Below are positions 29,132-38,919 of a stretch of DNA of 64,000 nucleotides, piece by piece. The translations under genes were made by a program, and so were the position numbers. The stretch's first letter is position 1. Every line of letters starts with the position of its first letter. The notes beneath the pieces are model-generated. The model was not told the DNA's origin. It worked only from the letters and a program-made list of their open reading frames with translations, and searched no databases. Location of the stretch: the NCBI GenBank assembly GCA_946188105.1, contig CAMHTQ010000002.1:3357-67356 (forward strand), in the 5' to 3' direction. This stretch comes from an uncultured Alphaproteobacteria bacterium (GTDB lineage: Bacteria; Pseudomonadota; Alphaproteobacteria; Rs-D84).

Positions 29132-29514
29132 TACTTTACCCTTTTTTTATTCATCATCAGTAATTGTACAGCATCATTTGGAACACCAAATTCTTTGGCA
29201 ACCTCGTCTGTCAGACAATAAAACGGTATTAAATTTTTATTACCAAAGTCCGCAACTTCTTCGGGGTTCTCAAAAGCCCAATGATCATTTATGCCATACA
29301 ATTCCCATTTTCCATTATTCATTTGATATACTGCAAAATAATAGTGTGGTACCGCCAAACAGGTTAAAAAAGTATCTTGGGGGTCTGTTTCAAAATAACC
29401 AAATTTAATGTGTTTTTTCAATTTGTGGCGATAAATAATTGCCTTGTGAACACTACAATTATAGGATTGTGCCCATTTTGCAGCAAGAGTATTTCTAGTG
29501 CGTTTATTTATCAT
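29131..29514 (-). CDS. Hypothetical protein (paralog of 28754-29131)
   Basis: 127-aa ORF between the pnp terminator and the next orphan. Confidence 0.7.
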   Translation of the reverse strand: MINKRTRNTLAAKWAQSYNCSVHKAIIYRHKLKKHIKFGYFETDPQDTFLTCLAVPHYYFAVYQMNNGKWELYGINDHWAFENPEEVADFGNKNLIPFYCLTDEVAKEFGVPNDAVQLLMMNKKRVK

Positions 29515-29529
29515 TGTTACAAAACCCTT

Positions 29530-29556
29530 AAAACAGCCCTGTTTCCAGGGCTGTTT
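29530..29556 (-). terminator. Terminator after pnp
   Basis: AAACAGCCCTG-tttc-CAGGGCTGTTT. Confidence 0.7.
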
Positions 29557-29562
29557 CTAACA

Positions 29563-31743
29563 TTACTTTTTAACTTCTTCGCCTGTTTTTTGGTCGATAC
29601 CAACCATAGACATACGTGTTTTACCGCGTTTATCCATGCCCAGATATCTTACATAAACAGTATCGCCTTCTTTGATTTTGGCATCTTCGATTTTATTCAA
29701 ACGTTCGCCTGTGATTTCAGAAATATGAACCATAGATTCAAAACCGTTCAAAATCTTTACAAACAAACCAAAATCTTTGATGCCAGACACAACACCTTTG
29801 TAAATTTCGCCAACCTCGGGTTCTGCGACAATTTCTTTGATGCGTGCGATAGCATTATCGGCATCTTCTTTGGATGTGGCCATAATTTTAACTGTGCCAT
29901 CATCTTCTAAATCAATCGTTGTGTTTGTTTCGCGAACAAGTGCTTGGATAACAACACCACCCTTGCCAATAACATCGCGAACCTTATCTGGATTGATTTT
30001 CATTTGATACATTTGTGGAGCATATTCAGAAACAGATGCACGTGGGGCCTTGATTGCACCTTCGATTTTGCCCAAAATGTGCATACGGCCGTCTTTTGCT
30101 TGTTCCAAAGCATGCTTCATAATTTCAAAAGTAATAGATGTGATTTTAATATCCATCTGCAAAGCAGTAATACCTTGTTTTGTACCTGTTACTTTGAAAT
30201 CCATATCGCCCAAGTGGTCTTCGTCACCCAAGATATCTGTCAAAATGGCATAATCATCACCTTCTTTGATTAAACCCATTGCGATACCTGCAACAGGACG
30301 TGTAAGTGGTACACCACCGTCCATCATAGCCAATGTTGCACCGCATGTTGTTGCCATAGATGAAGAACCATTTGATTCTAAAATATCAGAACATACACGA
30401 ACAACATAATCGAATTTTTCGCGACTTGGCATCATTGGATGCAATGCACGCCATGCCAAATTACCATGTCCTAATTCACGACGACCAGGTGATTTCAAAC
30501 CCTTTGCTTCACCAACTGAATATCCAGGAAAGTTATAGTTCAAAATGAAATCACGTTCATCAGCACCGTCCAAAGATTCAATTGGTAACGCATCTTTGCT
30601 ACCACCCAATGTCAATGAAACCAAAGCCTGTGTTTCACCACGTGTGAACAATGCAGAACCATGTGCGCGTGGCAATACACCCAATTCAATTTCGATTGGA
30701 CGAACGGTCTTGGTATCTCTGCCATCGATACGTGGTTTTCCAGCCAAAATATTGCTGCGCATAATTTTTGCAGTTAAACCTTCGATAATTTCATCTGCCC
30801 AAGATTCCAATGTGGATGTGGCAGTTGTTGTGTCATTGAATAATTCAGGAATTCTGGCTTTTGCCTGGGCATGAATATCTGCCAATGTTCCCAATCTTTC
30901 CAATTTTTCTTTAATCAACAAAGCATCAGTGATTTGTTGTTCAAATCCAGCAAAATCTTTTTCCATTGCCTTGTATTCTTCTGTGTTTTCAGGTGTTGCC
31001 CAACGTTCTTTGCCAGCATTTTCTGTCAATTCATTGATAGCATTGATAACTGCCTGTTGTGCATCAAAACCGAATTTCACAGCACCCAAAGTTGTTTCTT
31101 CATCCAATTCACCGATTTCAGATTCAACCATCAAAACACCGTCTTTGGTTGCAGATACAACCAAATCCATTTCAGATTTTGTATCAACATCGGATTTAGA
31201 AGGATTCAAAACATATTTGCCATCGATATATCCAACACGTGCAGCACCAACTGGGCCAGCAAAAGGAACCCCAGACAATGCCAATGCAGCGGATGATGCA
31301 ATCATTGCAACGATATCAGGTTGATTCTTTTTATCATAAGAAAACACCTGGGCAATAATTTGAACTTTGTTTTTGAATGTTTCAGGAAACAAAGGACGAA
31401 TAGGACGATCAATCAAACGAGCAATCAATGTTTCAGAAACAGATGCCTTGCCTTCACGTCTGTCGCGGGATCCTGGAATACGACCAGCGGACGCGAATTT
31501 TTCTTGATAATCAACTGTCAAAGGAAAGAAATCTTGACCTTCGACTGCTTCTTTTTCAGCACACACAGTTGCCAAAACCATTGTGCCACCCATTGTGGCC
31601 AATACGGCACCGTTTGCTTGTTTGGCCATACGACCAGTTTCCAAACGCAATGTTTCATCACCATACTTGATTTCAACAGCGACAGGATGATTCAAAGGAT
31701 GTGCAGCATCCTTTTCATTTTTATTAAATAAACCAAATAACAT
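29563..31743 (-). CDS. pnp: Polyribonucleotide nucleotidyltransferase (PNPase)
   Basis: FFPLTVDYQEK, RLIDRPIRPLF, HGSALFTRGETQ, SNGSSSMA, GDMDFKV, KH and S1; start 31743 has a GGAG SD. Confidence 0.97.
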   Translation of the reverse strand: MLFGLFNKNEKDAAHPLNHPVAVEIKYGDETLRLETGRMAKQANGAVLATMGGTMVLATVCAEKEAVEGQDFFPLTVDYQEKFASAGRIPGSRDRREGKASVSETLIARLIDRPIRPLFPETFKNKVQIIAQVFSYDKKNQPDIVAMIASSAALALSGVPFAGPVGAARVGYIDGKYVLNPSKSDVDTKSEMDLVVSATKDGVLMVESEIGELDEETTLGAVKFGFDAQQAVINAINELTENAGKERWATPENTEEYKAMEKDFAGFEQQITDALLIKEKLERLGTLADIHAQAKARIPELFNDTTTATSTLESWADEIIEGLTAKIMRSNILAGKPRIDGRDTKTVRPIEIELGVLPRAHGSALFTRGETQALVSLTLGGSKDALPIESLDGADERDFILNYNFPGYSVGEAKGLKSPGRRELGHGNLAWRALHPMMPSREKFDYVVRVCSDILESNGSSSMATTCGATLAMMDGGVPLTRPVAGIAMGLIKEGDDYAILTDILGDEDHLGDMDFKVTGTKQGITALQMDIKITSITFEIMKHALEQAKDGRMHILGKIEGAIKAPRASVSEYAPQMYQMKINPDKVRDVIGKGGVVIQALVRETNTTIDLEDDGTVKIMATSKEDADNAIARIKEIVAEPEVGEIYKGVVSGIKDFGLFVKILNGFESMVHISEITGERLNKIEDAKIKEGDTVYVRYLGMDKRGKTRMSMVGIDQKTGEEVKK

Positions 31744-31777
31744 AGTTTTCTCCATTTTTTGTTAAAAGTTATTTTAT

Positions 31778-31866
31778 TTTGCGGAGAAAATTATTCGTTT
31801 TTACACTCTGAACGGTGGGACTTTTTCCAAGAAAAAGTGTAAAAATGAACAATTCCCCTCCGCGAA
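31778..31866 (-). promoter_or_regulatory. Long pnp 5' leader stem-loop (candidate RNase III site)
   Basis: GCGGAG..AATT-GTTCATTTTTACACT pairs with AGTGTAAAAACGAAT-AATT..CTCCGC; TTGCAA-17-TATAAT promoter just upstream. Confidence 0.65.
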
Positions 31867-31965
31867 CCAGTCATATTATAGAGATTAAATTAATCATTTG
31901 CAAATTTTTTATACAAAAAAACGGCAAATGCCGTTTTTCCTAAATTATGCAAAACTGTAAGTAAT

Positions 31966-32562
31966 TTATAACAAACAAGACAATGTTGCTGATGCATTTT
32001 TCAGCATAAACCAACCAACCCTGTAATCAGAAACATATACTGTTAAAATAAACACAGCCAAAACACTGATGATAATAATAACATTTGTTTTGTTTCCATG
32101 CATGCAGTATACAGCCAAACAATACAGCATATATAAAACCCACGCGTCAACAAACAAACTGATAACCCACATAGACCAACAATTAAAAGCAATAGAATTT
32201 AATATCAATATTGCTGGGTATAAAAAGAATATTGCTGCCAAACCCTTTATCGCGATTTCCCAATCACGTTCACCCCCAGTTATTTCAGATATCAGCATCA
32301 ATAATCCGCCCATCAAGAATAATAATGCAACCGCCAATACTGGAACAATAATCAGTGCAGTAAATACCGATCCAATAGTTATGGTTGCACCACCAATCAA
32401 ACGCAAAAATAAAACAAAGCCACCACCAACCAAACCGTAAATAAATGCCATCAACATAGATTCTTCTAAATCACCGTCTGCGACAATCTTTTTAAAGAAA
32501 CTTTTTGGATTTATAATAGCATCGCGAATATTATTCAATAAACGTTTTGTTTTATAATGCAT
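31966..32562 (-). CDS. Yip1-domain membrane protein
   Basis: IINPKSFF start motif and about five TM helices. Confidence 0.7.
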   Translation of the reverse strand: MHYKTKRLLNNIRDAIINPKSFFKKIVADGDLEESMLMAFIYGLVGGGFVLFLRLIGGATITIGSVFTALIIVPVLAVALLFLMGGLLMLISEITGGERDWEIAIKGLAAIFFLYPAILILNSIAFNCWSMWVISLFVDAWVLYMLYCLAVYCMHGNKTNVIIIISVLAVFILTVYVSDYRVGWFMLKNASATLSCLL

Positions 32563-32631
32563 TTTTATTCCTCTTTATTTGCTTATTTATATTTTTGCTT
32601 TATAATAACAAAAAAGCAATGGAAAAAAACA

Positions 32632-33969
32632 ATGATGAAAGTAATTATTGCAGGCCGACCAAATACAGGCAAATCGACACTGTTTAACGCGTTAACTGGA
32701 ACACGTGATGCGCTGGTGCATGATCGCCCCGGTGTTACACGTGATGTTGTCAGCGGAACAATCAAGGGCAGGGCAATACAGGTTTTTGATACCGCGGGTT
32801 TGGAAAATGCCAAAAATGGTATTGCGGCTGATTCAACTGATATGGCTGTAAATGCAATTGCATCTGCGGATGCGGTTTTGTTTGTTGTGGATGGCCGTGT
32901 CGGTTTGGCACCTATGGATTTAGAATGGGCTAAATTGATTCATCGTAAAACACGTGCCCCAATTTTATTATTGGTGAATAAATCAGAATCATTAAAACGT
33001 GTTGCTGATATAAATGATTTTTATAAATTGGGCTGTGGCGAACCAGTTATGATTTCTGCAGAACATAAACGCGGATTTGACGAAATTTTTGAATTTTTGG
33101 ATAAAATCGCAACAGAAAAAAAGATAAATACCGATGTCGCAGAAGATGCCCCAGATAATCGGTTAAAAATTGCTGTGTTGGGTCAACCAAATGTTGGAAA
33201 ATCAACATTTGTAAATAGGGTGTTGGGTGAAAAACGACAAATTGTAATGGATGCCCCAGGCATCACACGTGACACTGTAAAAATCCCAACAAGATTTTAT
33301 GGTCGTGATATTGTGTTGATGGATACCGCGGGACTTCGCCGCAAGGCCGGTGTAACCGATGATGTTGAAACATTGTCTGCGTTAAAGGCATTGGATGCAA
33401 TTGACAAGGCAGATGTGATAATATTGGTTGTTGATGCAACTAAAAATATAGAAAATCAGGCGTTGGGTATTGCCGCACGTGTATATGATGCGGGTAAAAT
33501 TTTATGTGTCGCATTGAATAAATGGGATTTGGTAGAACCTGAAATCAGGGATGAAAAATTACTGAAATTAAAACACCAATTTACAAATTCTTTTCACCAG
33601 ATTATAAAGCCAATGATTTTAGCAATATCTGCGGAAACAGGCACTGGTGTTCAAAATATGTTCAAACGTATTTATCAACAATGGGATATTTCCACCGCAT
33701 CTGTACCAACCAGTTTGTTAAATAGAATTGTTGAAAAATTGGTTGCTGATCGCCAACCACCAATGTCGCGGTTAAAACGTGCAATGCGTATTAAGTTTGC
33801 CAGACAAACTGGTCGTCACCCAATGCGTATATTGATAAATGTTGGGGGTGCATCTGATATTCCTGAATCATATACCCGGTACCTAAGGCGCGGAATTGCC
33901 AAGGCACTGGAATGGGAACACTTACCAATTGTAATAGAATACGAAAAGTCAGAAAATCCGTTTGATTAG
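32632..33969 (+). CDS. der: Ribosome biogenesis GTPase Der (EngA)
   Basis: Two G-domains: GRPNTGKSTLFN...PGVTRD..DTAG and GQPNVGKST...PGITRD..DTAGLRRK. Confidence 0.96.
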   Translation: MMKVIIAGRPNTGKSTLFNALTGTRDALVHDRPGVTRDVVSGTIKGRAIQVFDTAGLENAKNGIAADSTDMAVNAIASADAVLFVVDGRVGLAPMDLEWAKLIHRKTRAPILLLVNKSESLKRVADINDFYKLGCGEPVMISAEHKRGFDEIFEFLDKIATEKKINTDVAEDAPDNRLKIAVLGQPNVGKSTFVNRVLGEKRQIVMDAPGITRDTVKIPTRFYGRDIVLMDTAGLRRKAGVTDDVETLSALKALDAIDKADVIILVVDATKNIENQALGIAARVYDAGKILCVALNKWDLVEPEIRDEKLLKLKHQFTNSFHQIIKPMILAISAETGTGVQNMFKRIYQQWDISTASVPTSLLNRIVEKLVADRQPPMSRLKRAMRIKFARQTGRHPMRILINVGGASDIPESYTRYLRRGIAKALEWEHLPIVIEYEKSENPFD

Positions 33970-33999
33970 TGGAAACATTAATCAAAATCTATCCGTCAC

Positions 34000-34030
34000 A
34001 AAAAAACACCGACAGAAATGTCGGTGTTTT
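34000..34030. terminator. Bidirectional terminator between der and lpoB-like gene
   Basis: AAAACACCGACA-gaaa-TGTCGGTGTTTT. Confidence 0.75.
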
Positions 34031-34052
34031 ATATTGCCATATTACAACCAGA

Positions 34053-34658
34053 TTACCATGTTGGTGCGTGATCGCCTTCTTTGACGATTGGTTGTTCATC
34101 TTCCCATACGGACAAACCTGTTTTCAAATCTGTCAATGTCAATTGCAGATAATATTCTACACGTGTATCTGTGGAAGAAAACCAACCAGAACTTAATTTC
34201 AAATTGCGTTGAATCATTTTACCAGACAATGACATGTTTGGTGCAACCAATGTTCCTTTTTGTGCAAAAGTGGATTGATTGTATTCGTCATTACCACGAA
34301 TGTTGCGTGTTTTATTGCTGGTTGTGTCTTCGCCAGTAAAGTTAGTTGCAATTTGTGCACGACCCGATTTTAGTACAGTTGTGCGGATTTTTTTAACCAA
34401 TATATCTGTATCAAATCTTTGCATTGTATCGTTTTTGATATCGGCCACAGCAATTACAGGTTTGGAAACACCAGTCAAAGCATTACTTTTCAACATAGAA
34501 TCAGTCATTTTAGCGGCTGTTTTTTCCCAATCACGATATTCTAATTCCATAACATCTTGCATTGCTGTTACTTCGCGTTCATTTTCTAAATCAACGACAT
34601 GTGTTCCACCGCATCCCGCAAGTACAGCACACAAAGCCACTGGTAATAATTTTTTCAT
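34053..34658 (-). CDS. lpoB: LpoB-like (penicillin-binding protein activator family) lipoprotein
   Basis: Lipobox LAGC; D...TA.KM.DSML, I.NDTMQRFDTD.L, Y.LQLTLTDLKTGL.VW.DE..I.K. Confidence 0.75.
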   Translation of the reverse strand: MKKLLPVALCAVLAGCGGTHVVDLENEREVTAMQDVMELEYRDWEKTAAKMTDSMLKSNALTGVSKPVIAVADIKNDTMQRFDTDILVKKIRTTVLKSGRAQIATNFTGEDTTSNKTRNIRGNDEYNQSTFAQKGTLVAPNMSLSGKMIQRNLKLSSGWFSSTDTRVEYYLQLTLTDLKTGLSVWEDEQPIVKEGDHAPTW

Positions 34659-34668
34659 GTTTTCTCCT

Positions 34669-35931
34669 TTATATTTTGAATATATGTACCACAGGTTTAT
34701 TTTCTGTTAAACGTACATAAATTAAATGATTTCCCGACTTTGGTAAACTTGTTTCTGAACTAATAATAGCACTTAAATTTGAATCAATCAAGTCAGCAGT
34801 ATTTAACCTTAAAACACTGATGCTTTCAGGCAATGTAACCCATGTGCGCACCTCGGCACTGGTGGTTGTTACAGAAAACAATGTTGCACCCAATCCCAAC
34901 AAACCAGAATATTTGCTATTAGAATTATAGGCCAATGCTTGGGCAATTGCACGTGCAGATGCAGCACTGAAAGAACGTAAAGCATCATTTACACGATATT
35001 GGTTAAATTCTGTCATAAACATAGCATTAACATCGGCCAATGGTTGTGCATTGGATACGGTTGTTTTGCCGTTCCAAAACACTGGCTCTGCCACCGCAAT
35101 TGACACCACAATAGCACCATTCCCAGTCAGCACCGGCAAAGATAATTCTTTTTCTTGTAATGTTGGTGCAAATCCAGATTCAATAAACACCCATGTTGTA
35201 TTTTTGGGTTTTGATTTTTTTTCAACCAAATTTAAATCGGCTGTTATAAATGAATTTTCTGGAACCATCCCAGAAGCACGATTTAAATACGTTCTGGCAT
35301 CACTGAAATCGCCATGCGTTAAAAACCAAATTCCAGACAAATACATCAACGCAGGATTCATAATATCGGTATATGCAGTCCACATAGAATTTTGTTTTTG
35401 CAATTCAGTCATCAATTCACTGGTTTTTTCATTATTTATCCGTTCTGAATTTTTTTTGACTAAATCTGCATAGGCAATCGACATATCTTGTTGTCTGGCA
35501 TACGATTGATTGATAATAACCCGGACATCATTTTTTCTGTTTTCTCCAATAGCATCCCAGATTTGATAATATGAAACAAACAAAGAATCCATCATAGACG
35601 GTTTATATTCGCTGGCCATTTGTCCGCCCAACAAACTTGTAGTTTCGTACATTATGCTGCCACCGATTGTGTCATAATTGCGTTTATTAAATTCTTCAAA
35701 CGCATCATCACTTTGTTTGTAATTCTTGGCCTGAAAATGTGCTAACCCAGTCATCAGTAATTGCAAACTATTTTGATCCTGGATACTTTTTTCACCGGCA
35801 TATTTATCAGCCGCAGCAACAAAATCGTCATTTGCGAAACCTGTGCGTGCCTGATTTAACTCGCGGGTTGCGATACTGGCACATCCACACAAAATCGACA
35901 AGCAAATAAAACAAGATATAAATTTTTTCAT
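34669..35931 (-). CDS. COG3014-like TPR lipoprotein
   Basis: Lipobox LCGC; Y..S..AF, NP...YLSG, E.GFAP...E, A..R.W.TLP; precedes the lpoB-like gene. Confidence 0.65.
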   Translation of the reverse strand: MKKFISCFICLSILCGCASIATRELNQARTGFANDDFVAAADKYAGEKSIQDQNSLQLLMTGLAHFQAKNYKQSDDAFEEFNKRNYDTIGGSIMYETTSLLGGQMASEYKPSMMDSLFVSYYQIWDAIGENRKNDVRVIINQSYARQQDMSIAYADLVKKNSERINNEKTSELMTELQKQNSMWTAYTDIMNPALMYLSGIWFLTHGDFSDARTYLNRASGMVPENSFITADLNLVEKKSKPKNTTWVFIESGFAPTLQEKELSLPVLTGNGAIVVSIAVAEPVFWNGKTTVSNAQPLADVNAMFMTEFNQYRVNDALRSFSAASARAIAQALAYNSNSKYSGLLGLGATLFSVTTTSAEVRTWVTLPESISVLRLNTADLIDSNLSAIISSETSLPKSGNHLIYVRLTENKPVVHIFKI

Positions 35932-35935
35932 AAAA

Positions 35936-38209
35936 TTATTCAGCTAAAATTTTAATAACTTTGGTTTGTGGGTCCATGAAACGAATTTGTCCTTTGTACC
36001 CCATTGCTTGACAATGTTGTGGTACCAAAAATTCTGGCATAGGCGCACTTTCACCCATCATAACCTTATTGTATAAACTCTTTTGAATATCGTTTTTCTG
36101 TAAAAAGTATCTTTCCTGTGTTGCTTCAATAGGTCTATGATAAAAACCTTGATACAATATAATTTGTTTGCCTTCCCCTAATGTCATAATATCCATAGGT
36201 GAATAAAGCGGTTTGGGTGCCTCGGTTTCTTCACTTTCTTCTTTGGTTGTTTTATCTATTTTCTTTTTCTTCTTTATTTCATTACCAATCATTTTCGAGA
36301 AACGATCTGCGGTTTCTGGGTCATTTTGACGCATAATAACCTTACCCGCAGTTGTTGAAATAATTGTTGCTGCCGCATCCGCACCATACTTTTCTTGAAT
36401 TTGGTGAATGTCCTGACCAATAATCAGATATGAAATCTTTTGACCACGTCCCAAATCTGGTCCTTGGATAACAGCATCTAATTTTTGCATTTTTGGCATT
36501 TCGTCCAATACGAATAATACTGGGTATGGTCCCAATTGTTTTCCAGATGTACTAATAACATTTGGTGTATTTACCAACAAATAATTAGACATCAATTCAA
36601 TAAATATACCTGTAATTGGATTTAACGCCTGGGCATCAACCATATTGATTGATAAATAAACAGATACAGGTTTCATTTTGCCATCACGTGGGTCAATCAT
36701 TCCACGCAAATCTTCGAAATGGAAATCTGAATGGGACGTTCTGTTACGCACAGCGGCATTACGGAATACACCCAATCCAGCCATAATTGTTGATAAAATA
36801 GATCCGCGTTCCTTGTCTGGTGTATTTGCCAATTGTGTTAATTCCAATACCGCACGATGAGCGTATGCAAATTCAACTGCCTCGTTCACGGCATTTTCCA
36901 AAACATCCTTCATCGGATCCGCCAAGGCAACCATTTGATCACCTTGTCTGCGTCTTTCTTCTAATTCTGCGGCATTTGCCAACTGGGATGCATTTAACCA
37001 ATCCAAAATCATGGACAATGACGCCTCTTTGCCAACCCAAGCATCTGGAATATTTTTCCATGTTCCAACATGGACATAGTTCATTGTATTTAATTCACCA
37101 CGTTGTAACAATCCCAATGCCGCATACGCATTTGGGTTACTGGACATAGACAGGTAATAATCCATCAAAATATTGGCATCTTCTTGATTAAATTCCCCGG
37201 ATTTTAATTTGTCATAGAAATAATCATCGGCCTTGGCGCGTTCTATTTTTGAAACGATATATTGTATAAATCCAGATAGTCCAGCACGTCCAGAAATTGA
37301 CCAGTGTGGGTCCGCCGATGTGCCACCCGCATCAGGTACCAACACCTTGCAAATTGTATCGACATACAAATCGCGTTGTTCTGTTTCAAATGGAACGTGT
37401 TCTGGGGATAATGGGTTCCATGACGGATAATAAATACCGCGTTCAGGATCGTCTTGCCCCGCCCAGTTCATAATAAACACAGGGCCAATATTCGCACGAT
37501 ACGCAGACGTTTTTTGTTTTAATTCAGGTTTTGGGTCGTTGATAATCATTGAAACATTATCACATTCAACAATAGTCGGAATAACGACGCCCGCAGTTTT
37601 ACCAGCCCCCGGAGGTGCCACGCATAACACAGATAATGTTTCGTCCAACATCAATGGTTTTGTTTTTTTGCCGTCCTTGAAATATCCCAATACCATCATA
37701 AAACCACTGAATAAACCATCCTTGTTTTTCCAATCTTGTTTCATTTTTCTGATGTCATCAGCAGTTGCTTTACGGGAAGATTTTTCGTCATAAATATCCT
37801 TGCCATAAGGGTTAAATTCCTTGGTAAGTGTATCATCCGCCATAAAATAAAACGCAATAAACGGTATAATTGGAACAATACAATAAAAATCAGGTCGCAT
37901 CAAAGAACGTCCCAGCCAATATGGAACCTCGGCCACAACAGACATGCCAAATGTTTGTAATGCCTGCATCAAAAATAAAGAAGACCAATGTGCAGATGCA
38001 GGTGACCATCCGTAACGTAATACATGTTCTATAACAAAAGCCAAAGCAAAAGCCACGGCACAAATAATCCATATTATGGAATTCCAACGGAATATCCAAA
38101 ACATTTGTGCCATCGGGCCGACTTCGTGTTCTTTATACGCAGATGATTTGAATATATTCAAACCTTTTGACGAACCGCCCGCAGATAAAATATTGAATTT
38201 CTCAGCCAT
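35936..38209 (-). CDS. virD4: Type IV secretion coupling protein, VirD4/TraG family
   Basis: N-terminal TMs; Walker A APPGAGKT-AGVVIPT; INDPK.EL; WNPL; Walker B LFVLDEM; Q...Q....YG. Confidence 0.9.
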   Translation of the reverse strand: MAEKFNILSAGGSSKGLNIFKSSAYKEHEVGPMAQMFWIFRWNSIIWIICAVAFALAFVIEHVLRYGWSPASAHWSSLFLMQALQTFGMSVVAEVPYWLGRSLMRPDFYCIVPIIPFIAFYFMADDTLTKEFNPYGKDIYDEKSSRKATADDIRKMKQDWKNKDGLFSGFMMVLGYFKDGKKTKPLMLDETLSVLCVAPPGAGKTAGVVIPTIVECDNVSMIINDPKPELKQKTSAYRANIGPVFIMNWAGQDDPERGIYYPSWNPLSPEHVPFETEQRDLYVDTICKVLVPDAGGTSADPHWSISGRAGLSGFIQYIVSKIERAKADDYFYDKLKSGEFNQEDANILMDYYLSMSSNPNAYAALGLLQRGELNTMNYVHVGTWKNIPDAWVGKEASLSMILDWLNASQLANAAELEERRRQGDQMVALADPMKDVLENAVNEAVEFAYAHRAVLELTQLANTPDKERGSILSTIMAGLGVFRNAAVRNRTSHSDFHFEDLRGMIDPRDGKMKPVSVYLSINMVDAQALNPITGIFIELMSNYLLVNTPNVISTSGKQLGPYPVLFVLDEMPKMQKLDAVIQGPDLGRGQKISYLIIGQDIHQIQEKYGADAAATIISTTAGKVIMRQNDPETADRFSKMIGNEIKKKKKIDKTTKEESEETEAPKPLYSPMDIMTLGEGKQIILYQGFYHRPIEATQERYFLQKNDIQKSLYNKVMMGESAPMPEFLVPQHCQAMGYKGQIRFMDPQTKVIKILAE

Positions 38210-38265
38210 GGTGTTATTATTATAACAGAAAAAAGGTTTCAGATAAATCACGAAATTAAAATATT

Positions 38266-38919
38266 ATGAAAAATATACCAAGAATTTTTATAGGCACCAA
38301 TATCGAAAACGGTAAAATAATACCGGTTGAAAAATCTGTGGCACATTACCTGGGGCATGTTATGAGACGTAACGATTGCTTGGTTTTTGGCGATGGATAT
38401 GAATATAACGCCACATTAAATCCAGACGGAAAAACATTAACGGTTGGAAATAAAACTGAACATAATGACCCATCTGGCGACATTACATTGTATTTTGCCC
38501 CGATAAAGCGATTGGACGATATGTTAAATATGGCGACACAAATGGGAGTTGCAAAATTTGTTCCTGTGATAACTGAACGTACGGTTGCAAATCACATAAA
38601 TTGGGAACGTATGAAAAAAATAGTTGTCGAGGCCGCCGAACAATCAAACCGTAACAGTGTGCCAGATATCACATCGCCAATAAAATTTAATGATTTACCA
38701 TTTGCTGATTTGATTTTTGCAGATGAACGTGCCGCATACGGACGTGAAATGCCAAAAGAATATAAAAATGTTAAATCAATTTTAATAGGACCCGAGGGTG
38801 GTTTTTCAGATTCTGAATTTGAAACATTGGATAAAAACAATGTTCGTGGTATATCTTTGGGAAAAACAATTTTACGTGCAGAATTAGCTGCACCAATCGC
38901 ATTGGCCAAGGTAATTTAA
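38266..38919 (+). CDS. rsmE: 16S rRNA m3U1498 methyltransferase RsmE
   Basis: HYL.HVMR, EAAEQS.R..VP, IGPEGGFS, LG..ILRAE.A. Confidence 0.93.
   Translation: MKNIPRIFIGTNIENGKIIPVEKSVAHYLGHVMRRNDCLVFGDGYEYNATLNPDGKTLTVGNKTEHNDPSGDITLYFAPIKRLDDMLNMATQMGVAKFVPVITERTVANHINWERMKKIVVEAAEQSNRNSVPDITSPIKFNDLPFADLIFADERAAYGREMPKEYKNVKSILIGPEGGFSDSEFETLDKNNVRGISLGKTILRAELAAPIALAKVI

Noticed and set aside
35936-38209. Integrative conjugative element or genomic island around virD4
   Set aside because: No integrase, relaxase, att repeats or compositional break; the neighbours are housekeeping genes
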